This document shows, piece by piece, positions 21,607 through 32,559 of a stretch of 42,016 nt of DNA (the stretch's first letter is position 1; every line of letters starts with the position of its first letter). The position numbers and the translations under genes are program-made. The stretch spans positions 1 to 42,016 of the forward strand of contig JADGIG010000022.1 of assembly GCA_018985235.1 (NCBI GenBank). Direction: 5' to 3'. The DNA is from Sanchytrium tribonematis. Taxonomy: Eukaryota. The notes beneath the pieces are model-generated. The model did not search any database and was not told where the DNA came from. It saw only the letters and a program-made list of their open reading frames with translations.

Positions 21607-24438
21607 TTATTTTTTACCAAACCTATGTAGAAGTACTCCCTCAATGGTCTGATTTTGATCGTCAGCTTCCTGTAATTCTTTTAAACTTTTTTGATCAAGC
21701 AAAAAATATGTAGTAAAATTTTCCCTTAATTTAACGACTTTAATTATGGCATCTTCATGACAAGCAATTAATTTGACGTCAGCGTTTGCCACATTTTCGA
21801 GTGGATGATTTGGCCAAGTCTTGACGAATTGTTCGAGAATTTCTAAATCAGATTCCAAAGGAATACAATCTTCTTGTCGAAATTGCCGAACAGGGTATGC
21901 ATTTCCAATTATTACGCTTTGGACAAAATCGATGATTGCCTGACAAACAATCACCTCTAAGTGATACTGCTGAGTAGCATCTAAAGGAACTGAAGTTATC
22001 CTTTGTTTGCAAAATGATGCCTTATCAAGAAAAGATTCCATTCTATAGTCATGAATTGTAGGAAAATAAAATGTTTCCCTAAAATTGGGAGCCACAATTT
22101 CTAGCAGTTTATCTGTGAAGTCTTTAGAAAATTCTGTAAAAGCTAGATCTAGTCTAAAGTATAATGATTGATAGACACCATAAAAAACAATTTTTGAATT
22201 ATTTTCAAAACAATTTTTTTTGACTTTCCTACAAACTCGCTTCAAACCTTGAAGTAAAAAACAATAGTTTGAATATTGGATTAAATACTACGTTAGAATG
22301 ATATATACATTTGAAATTGGCTCTTCTATACGCAATTTTGAGCCAGTGACTTTCCTTAATGGATTTTTAAGATAAAGTCTCGCTAAATGGTAGAAACTGG
22401 GACCTAAGCTTAAAATTAAATAACATGCTGTTTTTCTAGTCAACGACTTCACGTCTAATTTGCAAAACATATCTACAATTCTATTGACGAATAGTAAGAA
22501 ATTATACACTCCATCGGTCCTTAAATCTGAGAATAAATCCAGTTGATCTTTTTCATAACATTGCTGACCTATTCCTATCAATTTTGATGTCTCTTCAAAT
22601 ATCCAATTTTCCAAACAACTAAGAAGAAACCAACTTAAATCTACATTTCTGACATCTATTGCGTATTCTTGAAGCGCTCTTCCCATGAAAATGTGGATTT
22701 CATTCACCTTGTCACAGCATTGCTGAAATATTGAGCCAAAAGCTTTAATAGTCACTTTCGGGGTCTTCTCAAATATAGTTGAACACAGATTGTGAACATG
22801 CCTCCTCCAAAATAATTCTGGTCTCACAAATTTCGAAAGTGCTTCAAATCTTACACTCCAATCCTTAATAAATGTAGATTCTATGGCTTCTAGAAATAAC
22901 AATATTGTGTTTTCATCAAAATCTGAATTCGACGGTATTAAGATTTGAGTCAATTTAGCAATATTACGCTCACTTGCTTGTTTCATGATTAATTCCATTA
23001 ATCTGGAAATACTTGCTTTAACCCATTGCTCCTTTAGGCCTGAAATTGCAGAATTTTCGTAGGAAATCATAATTTCATGGCTAAATTCTACTGTTAATAA
23101 CAATTCACAGGTATCCAGATATAGTGTCACTATGTCGACACAAATGTCGCTTGCAAGATGATACTCTGTCACGATTTGTTTAAATAGTATATTTAGGTAA
23201 TACTGAGCAACTAAAGGACTTAACTTTACATTTGAAGCTGATTTATCCTCAAGCAGAAATTTAAATTGAGGCTTGATTAGTTCAAAATCAATGATCTCGG
23301 CGGAATAAAGTGCTAAGAAATTGCCCCATAATATCTGTCTGGGATGTAAGCAAAACAAATCACAAAACCATTTTATAAAAGGCTTATATTCCGAATCTTC
23401 GCATGACCAGCCATCGTTTTTAAATAAAGCAAGTTGTACCTTGCGAATCTCTGCGAACATAATCGATGTTAAAAACCCATGGTTCGTGTCTTGTTGAGAA
23501 AAATTAAACTTGAAAATCAATTGCATCCAGCGCATAAGCGTATCTAATACGCTATCATAATACGAGTTCTCGCCTAAAAATAAGTCTAGTATAGTAAATG
23601 CTTCATTTATGATTTCATCGAATTGAAGCGAGATGATTTTATCATCCATCTTTTTTATAATAATTGTTGATTTTTCTAGTAAAACAAATGCTAAAAGTTT
23701 AAATTGCCTGTCAGACCACTCTTTGTTTGACCGAAAATGTCTCGCTAAGACAAATTTTAGTAAAAATGGATCCTTGTTTAAGACGCAATAAGTCATTAAA
23801 ACACTTGAAAACTCTTCAATATTTTGGGTGCTATTGATATCGAGATTAATTGTTGTCGAGTCCATATTTTGATTTAATGGCACTATAGAATAATATTCTG
23901 CTAATTCAATACTCTTTTTCTTATTAATCCCATAAAACAATCTGATTTTATCACTTATTACATATTTTATATTAAAATTTGGCTTATTAAACAATAAAAG
24001 GCCTAGTAGTAGCTCAAAAGTGCCTAATTGCAGATCCTTAGTCGTTAAATTTGTACCTTTTTTGAAAAATTTATAATATTCAATTTTATCGTAATCAATT
24101 AAAACTTCAAGAACATTGAGGTGGGTAAAATTGGTTTCTTCTACTTCTGTAAATTCTTTGGAGTCACTTTCAGAAAGAGGAGACTGCAATAGTTGTGATT
24201 TTGCCAGTAACAGACTGGGTTTTTGAACAGGCATTGTAAACCATTCAACAGGTATTGCAAATTTTTCACTGCTTTTACAAAAAGAAACCAGCTCTTTGTA
24301 ATTGATCTTATAATCAAACGATTCATAGCCTTTAGGAATAGTTGCAGCACCTGATTCTATGCATTTTTTCAAAAGTAAATTCCCGAGCTCTTCAACTAAA
24401 TCGACATTAGATAGTGCTTTGCTTTCATTTTTTTGCAT
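21607..24438 (-). CDS. Large hypothetical protein, probably alpha-helical (936 aa, one 21-nt intron)
   Basis: Two same-frame ORFs separated only by the TAG that ends a GT-AG intron with a CTAAC branch site. Confidence 0.7.
22288..22308 (-). other. 21-nt spliceosomal intron
   Basis: gtatatatcattctaacgtag; same 5' and 3' geometry as the 19-nt introns; phase 0. Confidence 0.85.
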
Positions 24439-24622
24439 TTTTAAACAAGATCAATTTGGGAAGATTGTTTGAAAATTGTTTTGAAATCAGCATTTAATTG
24501 AAAAATTTATTACGAAATTCCACTTGTATGGCTTTAAAATAGCACCGATTCCAAGGAGTTGCTTCACATTTTATATTTCAGTTTGTTTTATTTACAATTT
24601 GATAATTAGGCTGAAACATAAA

Positions 24623-25453
24623 ATGGAACTTGAGAAACAGGCTAGACAAAAATTGACTGGTTTTGGTTGGTTTGGCAACAAATATGCGGATGCGGCTGAT
24701 TTATTTTCTCAAGCTGCTAACCAATACATTATCGACAAAAATATGGAAAAAGCTACGGAAATGTATGAGCAAAGCTATCACAATTATATGCAAGCGCACA
24801 TGGAAGAAGACGCATTCCAAGTCGTTCAAAGCATGCTAAAGATTCTGAAAAAGGATCCAGAAAGTAAAGGTGAGGACAAATTATTAAATTACTCTGATAA
24901 ATTGATCCAACACCTTCTACAAAAGGGCAGATTTCATATGGCTGCAAACTTTGCAAAACAATTAGCGGAGGCTCATCATGATAATGCGGTCAAGATCAAA
25001 TATTATCTCAAGGCAGGTGAATGGTATGAGCAAGAAGATGCCAAGGCGTTGGGCATGAAATGCTATCATCTCCATGCAATGGCCTTGATGACCGACAAAC
25101 AATACGAATTGGCTCTAGCCAAGATGGAATATATATCCAGTAATGCTTTGAATGATAACTTGCAAAAATACATGGTGAAGGAATATCTGTTTGTTGCTTT
25201 AATTATCGCAATGAATTTAGACGTATTACTATTGAATCAAAAAATGCAAGAATACTCCAACATGGATCCATCATTTGCACAAACTCGCGAATATAAATGT
25301 ATTGAGCAATTGTCGAAATCCCTGGAAGAAGGAGATAGCGAGCAGTTTTCGACAGTATTGAGGCAGTATGACCAGCTATCTAAACTTGATGAGTTCAAGA
25401 CGAACCTTTTATTGAATGTTAAACAAAATATGGAGAAAGAAACATTTGCTTAA
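24623..25453 (+). CDS. SEC17: Alpha-SNAP (soluble NSF attachment protein)
   Basis: KYADAADLFSQAANQY, GRFHMAA, AGEWYEQED, KYMVKEYLF, DPSFAQTRE, YDQLSKLD. First ATG at 24623. Confidence 0.92.
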   Translation: MELEKQARQKLTGFGWFGNKYADAADLFSQAANQYIIDKNMEKATEMYEQSYHNYMQAHMEEDAFQVVQSMLKILKKDPESKGEDKLLNYSDKLIQHLLQKGRFHMAANFAKQLAEAHHDNAVKIKYYLKAGEWYEQEDAKALGMKCYHLHAMALMTDKQYELALAKMEYISSNALNDNLQKYMVKEYLFVALIIAMNLDVLLLNQKMQEYSNMDPSFAQTREYKCIEQLSKSLEEGDSEQFSTVLRQYDQLSKLDEFKTNLLLNVKQNMEKETFA

Positions 25454-25506
25454 TAAATTATTACCCCTGATTTTGCTGAAACCCAAACTTTTAACGTTTT
25501 TCAGGA

Positions 25507-27006
25507 ATGATCGCGTTTCTAATTCTGCCTATGTTTCTTTTTATTATGAGTACATTAGTATTGTTTTATAAATTTATGTGGTACGTCTTGATAGCAATTA
25601 ACTCTTTGCTTTTAATTTACACTGCAATTTACCTAAGAATGGTCTTCAAGCAAAAAGAGACAATAGAATTGGAACTTAAGAAGCCTTCTGAAAGTGGCAA
25701 TCATTACATTGTAATTCCAATTTATAATGAGGATTTTGGAGTATTAAGAAGTACTATTCAAGTTTTGTCGGAGCACGAATTCGCCCAGGATTACACTATT
25801 GTTTTTGCTTTAGAAAGCAGAGATATTAAGAAAAACGAGTACATGAAAAACCTGAACTCTTTTTTTGGTAATATGGTCCATGAGCATGGTACTGTTACCG
25901 AATTTGCTAGTCTGATTTTTAAAAGAGCACTGGTGACTTATCACCCAGAGGAGCTCATAAAGGGAAAGCATATGAATTTGAATTATTGTTTGAGACAGGT
26001 ATACAAATTCTGCAAAACTGATAATGCTCTAGTGACTGTGACCGATGCAGATGCACACATTCCCAATTTATATATCAATTATGTCAGCCGATTGTTTAAA
26101 CAAGCTAGATCCAAGTACATAATGTTTGCTCCCTCAACTTTGTTTGCTCAAAATCCATCGTGTGTTCCGACTCTAGTCCGCGTCAAGGATGCCAGCTGGG
26201 CAATTGGACATATGACTTCCTTGTCTCATTCTAAAAAAATTATGCCTTTAAGTAGCTATTCTCTGCCATTAGAATTAATTCACGAAATTGAGTACTGGGA
26301 CTGCACTGAGTATGGATTTGGAGAAGATAGCGCCATGATGTACCGCGCAGTTCAATATACTGAAAAACATGAAATTAGTTTTGATTTACAGGCAGTCTTA
26401 ATTCCTTTCAATTATTTAAATGTAAATACAGGTAGCTATTGGGAAACCATTAAAGAGAGATATAAACAATCACTCCGACACAATCTCGCATATTTAATGC
26501 TAGAGTTATCTATTTACAAAGCTTTGGAAATCAAAACTTTTAGAATGTATGGTCTGGTGGGGTCTTACTTTGAATGTGTTATCATGACTTTGTTGCTGGG
26601 TTGGATATGGCTGGTTGCAGGAATTTGCTGGTATGAATCCTTCCAAAATAGGCCTAATATCAATAGCGGCCTTCTTGAATATATTTTTGAACAAAATGTG
26701 GCTTTTTATTGGAGTGTTGTTTTACTTAAATTTCACTCTGTCTGTATATTATTAATATTGCCCTGCATTGCACTTGTTTATGACTTGAATCATTATTTTG
26801 TAGGAAAATTTAAACTTTATGGATTGGCCAAATACTCTCCTCACTCTATGCTGGCTCATTTTGATATTTGGTTTTTTCCTTTGTCTAGTGTGACTCTTAT
26901 AATGACTGCAGGTATCCACTCTGCATATAATATTTTTAAGCAACAGATGAATAAGTTCAATGGTTATGAATATGATTTTATGGTTGATAGTAGCAAGAAA
27001 TTATGA
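25507..27006 (+). CDS. Membrane-bound family 2 glycosyltransferase
   Basis: VIPIYNED, KGKHMNL, DADA (DxD), GED, QSLRH (QxxRW-like), N- and C-terminal transmembrane helices. Confidence 0.8.
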   Translation: MIAFLILPMFLFIMSTLVLFYKFMWYVLIAINSLLLIYTAIYLRMVFKQKETIELELKKPSESGNHYIVIPIYNEDFGVLRSTIQVLSEHEFAQDYTIVFALESRDIKKNEYMKNLNSFFGNMVHEHGTVTEFASLIFKRALVTYHPEELIKGKHMNLNYCLRQVYKFCKTDNALVTVTDADAHIPNLYINYVSRLFKQARSKYIMFAPSTLFAQNPSCVPTLVRVKDASWAIGHMTSLSHSKKIMPLSSYSLPLELIHEIEYWDCTEYGFGEDSAMMYRAVQYTEKHEISFDLQAVLIPFNYLNVNTGSYWETIKERYKQSLRHNLAYLMLELSIYKALEIKTFRMYGLVGSYFECVIMTLLLGWIWLVAGICWYESFQNRPNINSGLLEYIFEQNVAFYWSVVLLKFHSVCILLILPCIALVYDLNHYFVGKFKLYGLAKYSPHSMLAHFDIWFFPLSSVTLIMTAGIHSAYNIFKQQMNKFNGYEYDFMVDSSKKL

Positions 27007-27081
27007 TGAATATCGCTTTAATTGCTCAAATAAATATCTTGGCCGAAAATTCTCAGAAAAAAGCCACATTCAGAGTTTTTA

Positions 27082-28456
27082 ATGAATTTTGAATTAAAGA
27101 AGTTCAATCCTTTTAAAAAGAAAGCAGCCAGTGAGAAATTGACCACTAACAGAAGTATTGAACAAGTAAATTTTAAAGATTCAGAGTCAACCTTAAAATT
27201 ACCAATTGACATCAGCGCCAGTACCTTACTTAAAGAGGATGAAAGCTATCCGATAGGTGGTGTAGCTGAGCGTGAGAAAAGATTTCAGGAGGTGTTGGAT
27301 ATCCTTTCTGGGAAAAAATTAAAAAAAGAGCTTGAAAAATATAAATTACTGAACTTTTTAGGAGATGGTACATATGGTTTTGTGTTGGCTGGGATTTGCA
27401 AAAGACATGGTGAAGTTGCAATTAAGTTTGTATTTAGACACAAAGTTAATACTAAAAACTGGGTTCATGACAAAAATCTTGGCTTTGTATCAAACGAAAT
27501 TCATTTTTTGTCAAAACTGCATCACCCAAATATTATCAAATATATTGAACACTTTGAGACACAGGACTACATAATCATAATTACCGAAATGTTTGGTTGT
27601 GAATGGAAACCTGGTTCAAAACACTTTCAACCAAATGGTATCAATGAAGGAATCAAATTGGTCGACGATAAAAATATTTTTAAGCCGGGTAGCTCTGATG
27701 AACATACACTTACATCTTTAGACTGGAATTCAAAGTCAAAGCTGAAACCCAGAGTCTCTTGTGATTTGTTTGAATGTGTAGATGCACATGAATATTTACC
27801 TGACAGAACCATCAGAAAAATATTTTCCCAATTAGCGTCTGCTATATTGTACCTCCAAATGAATAACATCGTTCATAGAGATTTGAAAGACGAGAACATT
27901 GTGGTGGACGAGTTTTATAGAATAAGATTGATAGATTTTGGTTCTGCTAGCTTCATTCCGGATGATCCAAAACAATATTTTGATAGGTTTTTAGGCACTG
28001 TAGACTTCGCAAGCCCTGAAATCCTGAAAGGATGTCAGTATAGAGGCCCTGAAGCCGAAATGTGGGCTTTAGGTGTTATACTTTATGTTTTGTTTTCCAG
28101 AAACATACCATTTAGAAATTTGAGAGAATCGGAAAGGGCGAATTTTGATGTTCTTCCAAGAATGAATTCTAGTATTCGTTATTTACATAGACGTAGTTCA
28201 TCTTCTGCGACGAATGCTGGAGCCAAATCTGTATAAAAGAGCCACAATATTTGAAATAATTGCCCATCCGTGGCTAAGGGGCGAAGGAAGTTGCTTGACA
28301 GAGGAGGAAATTAAGACTTCACAATCAGAGATAAAGAAAAGCGGACATTGGAACGGATCAATACCTTTAGTTCTTAGGCATGAAAATTCACCCAAACTAT
28401 CCGAAATTTTAAAAACTCACGCTACGAATCACGCAATGGAATCGATTATGGAATAA
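27082..28456 (+). CDS. Ser/Thr protein kinase, PASK/PIM-like catalytic domain without a PAS domain (451 aa, one intron)
   Basis: LGDGTYGFV, VAIKF, DLFECV, HRDLKDENIVVD, LIDFGSA, GTVDFASPEILKGCQYRGPE; splicing restores NVVHLLRRMLEPNLYKRATI. Confidence 0.88.
28172..28190 (+). other. 19-nt spliceosomal intron
   Basis: gtattcgttatttacatag; restores kinase subdomain XI. Confidence 0.93.
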
Positions 28457-28517
28457 ATTAGCATTAATAAATTTAAGACACTCAATTTATTAATATTATA
28501 CCTGAACAGGAGCTAAA

Positions 28518-29888
<1,371 letters not shown>

Positions 29889-29903
29889 TTATACTTTTCT
29901 CCA

Positions 29904-29933
29904 CCAATCAGCTGTCATGACGTAATTGATTGG
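29904..29933. promoter_or_regulatory. Putative bidirectional promoter core: inverted CCAAT boxes flanking a CRE-like site
   Basis: ccaatca-gctgtca-tgacgta-at-tgattgg between the divergent tubulin and heme-fusion genes. Confidence 0.45.
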
Positions 29934-29987
29934 GCTATATCCGTTAGAATAGTATAATATTATGCTAAAAACGTCTAGGTGTCTCAA

Positions 29988-32537
29988 ATGGCTCGTGAAG
30001 CGATTGAAACGACCGTCTTGTTTATTTTTGAATCTTTAATAGCATCAGAAGAATTTTGTTTTTTCAAAGGGATGCAACAAATATTCTCAAATATTGTTGA
30101 ACGCATTCCAACTGACACCATCGATAAAATTTCTATTGAAAACTGTAAATGTCATGTGTTTTTTTCACATCCTTGGTTGCCTTATGTTCTATTTGATGAG
30201 AATTCCGTTCAATTGCAATTTTATAATTTGCACCTCGACGTTTTGATGCAATTCCAAGAGGCTTTTGAGTGTCTATCATCATTTCGTGCCAAAAATAATC
30301 CATCAATCATCGCCGGGTTTATTGTAGGTTTAGCTGAGTGTTTCCAGATTGAAGATGCAAGTATTGAATCATTAGACAGAATGTTACTCTCTCGAAAAAT
30401 TCATGGCAATATTCAATCATTGTTTAAGCGCACTACCGATCGCGAAGACAATCATTTAGCGACGCTTGATAGGTTAAACGGAGTTTTAAATGAGAATTTT
30501 GTAAATTTACCAAATTTACCTTATATTGTGCAAACTATTTATGGAGTATTGCAGCCAAGACCACCAATTTGGCTTCACAGACAAGCGGGAAGATACTTAC
30601 CGGAATACATGGACCTTAAAGGTACAAAAAATTTCTTAGAATTGACCGCTTCTCCCTCAACTGCATCGACTATAACTCTTCAGCCTATATGGAGGTATGG
30701 AGTAGATGCAGCTATCATTTTCTCAGATATAATGGTAATTCCACAAGCTCTCGGTATGACTTTGGAAATGAGACCCGGTCCCTATTTTCCGCATCCTATC
30801 GCTGTTGAGAAAGACGTTGATGACTTGGTTTATAATCCGATAATTTTAAATCACGTTTATGAAGCACTTAAGCAAACTAAAAAAGGCCTTACCGAATATG
30901 ACACAAAAACTTACGGCACACATCATACTGCCCTAATTGGTTTTTGCGGTGCTCCATGGACAGTTATGTCTTACATGGTTGGACGCGAAAAGTCTGTAGA
31001 TTTTCTGAAACAGAATCCCGAATTATCGCACAAGATGCTAAGAAAACTCTGCGATGTTGCTGTTGATTATCTTTGCAAACAAGTAGAGGCAGGTGCGGAT
31101 TTGGTTCAAGTATTTGATTCGTTCGTAGGAGAGTTACCCGATGATTTGTATATTGAATTTGAAAAGCCATATCTTTGTGAAATAGCGGAAAAATTTTCAA
31201 AAAGATGTCCTACCTCTCCAATTCAGTTATTCCCTCGAGACTTGAAGCCTAGTTTAATTTTAGATCTAGCTAAAAATTCAAAATACTGGACATTTAGTGT
31301 TTCTCAAAATTTTCAGGAAGATTCTATTAAACAATTCCCACTTTCTACTTGCATTCAAGGTAATTTGGATCCTGATCACATGTATTTGGACGAACAGATG
31401 ATTAGAGAAAAAACCTGTAAGATGGTTTCGATGTTCAAAAATTCGCTACAATCCATTAGAGCAAGATATACTGTTAATTTAGGACATGGTACAAAGCCCG
31501 ATATGGATCCAGTGAAAGTCGGTTATTTTATTGACGAGGTCCGATCTCTTTTTCTAGGTACACGTAAATCACCGCTAGCTTTAGCTCAAGCAATGAGCAT
31601 ACAAAGTTGCTTTCTCAAATCTCCATTTACCATCAAGACATTCGAATGTGTCACCAAGGGTGACAAGGTTCTCGATAGATCTCTCAGTGAAATTGGCGAC
31701 AAAGGATTGTTTACACGTGAAATAGAAAGCAAAATTTTAGAAGGTAAAATTGATTTTGCTCAACATTCATTAAAGGACCTTGAGACTAAATTGCAGCCTG
31801 GGCTTTCTATTGGTGCTTATTCCAAAAGATGTAATGAATTTGATTGCATGATATTTTCTTCTGTTCAAAGTTGGAAGAATATGAACGACTTGCCTAATGG
31901 TGCTATTATTGGTACCAGCTCACTACGAAGATCCGCTTTTGTGACTCACAATTGGCCCCACTTGGTTGTTAAAACTATAAGAGGAACTGTTGGAACACGT
32001 CTCAGAAAACTTTTAGTAGATAAGCAGTATGATGCTCTTATACTCGCGCAAAGTGGCTTAGAAAGATTATTTGAGTATGATAAGGATCTTGCAAACTCGC
32101 TGCCAGGATTCCAGAAAGTTGAACTGAGGACATTTTATGCTGCTGGGCAGGGATGTATAGCTCTCGAATTGTCTTCAGCAAATTATTCGCTCTCAAAATG
32201 TCTCAAGACATATGTGGAACTTCCTGAGGATGCTATAAAAGTCCAAAGTGAAAGGAAAGTTTTAGAGGCAATTGAAGGTGGATGCCAAGTACCATTTGGA
32301 GTCCGATTGGATAAATATGATATGAAATGTAATCAGTATTCAGAGGCTAAATTATTACAACGATTTTCTCCCTCTTTTAGAGTACCTGAAAATTTTCAGT
32401 TTTCATCTTATGTCTACGACTCAGAATCGATGACATTTGAACAATTTGAAAATCTAAATTTTCATGATATGCTTCTGGAATTGAAAAAAACCAAAGCCAT
32501 TGAAAAAGTTAAGACTGCAAGGAATAAAAATTGTTGA
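29988..32537 (+). CDS. Fusion protein: unknown ~190-aa N-terminal domain + uroporphyrinogen decarboxylase (HemE/HEM12) + porphobilinogen deaminase (HemC/HEM3)
   Basis: UROD: PIWLHRQAGRYLPEY, DAAIIFSDIMVIP, LIGFCGAPWT, QVFDS, QGNLDP, NLGHG. PBGD: GTRKSPLALAQ, GDKGLFTREIE, HSLKD, GTSSLRR, GQG, EGGCQVP. Confidence 0.93.
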   Translation: MAREAIETTVLFIFESLIASEEFCFFKGMQQIFSNIVERIPTDTIDKISIENCKCHVFFSHPWLPYVLFDENSVQLQFYNLHLDVLMQFQEAFECLSSFRAKNNPSIIAGFIVGLAECFQIEDASIESLDRMLLSRKIHGNIQSLFKRTTDREDNHLATLDRLNGVLNENFVNLPNLPYIVQTIYGVLQPRPPIWLHRQAGRYLPEYMDLKGTKNFLELTASPSTASTITLQPIWRYGVDAAIIFSDIMVIPQALGMTLEMRPGPYFPHPIAVEKDVDDLVYNPIILNHVYEALKQTKKGLTEYDTKTYGTHHTALIGFCGAPWTVMSYMVGREKSVDFLKQNPELSHKMLRKLCDVAVDYLCKQVEAGADLVQVFDSFVGELPDDLYIEFEKPYLCEIAEKFSKRCPTSPIQLFPRDLKPSLILDLAKNSKYWTFSVSQNFQEDSIKQFPLSTCIQGNLDPDHMYLDEQMIREKTCKMVSMFKNSLQSIRARYTVNLGHGTKPDMDPVKVGYFIDEVRSLFLGTRKSPLALAQAMSIQSCFLKSPFTIKTFECVTKGDKVLDRSLSEIGDKGLFTREIESKILEGKIDFAQHSLKDLETKLQPGLSIGAYSKRCNEFDCMIFSSVQSWKNMNDLPNGAIIGTSSLRRSAFVTHNWPHLVVKTIRGTVGTRLRKLLVDKQYDALILAQSGLERLFEYDKDLANSLPGFQKVELRTFYAAGQGCIALELSSANYSLSKCLKTYVELPEDAIKVQSERKVLEAIEGGCQVPFGVRLDKYDMKCNQYSEAKLLQRFSPSFRVPENFQFSSYVYDSESMTFEQFENLNFHDMLLELKKTKAIEKVKTARNKNC

Positions 32538-32559
32538 TTACCCCTTTTGAAATTGCAAA

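Noticed and set aside
21579..21616. Possible 36-38-nt intron fusing the 936-aa gene to the disordered protein
   Set aside because: It does not fit the intron consensus, and the upstream gene ends in a stop overlapping AATAAA like other genes here.
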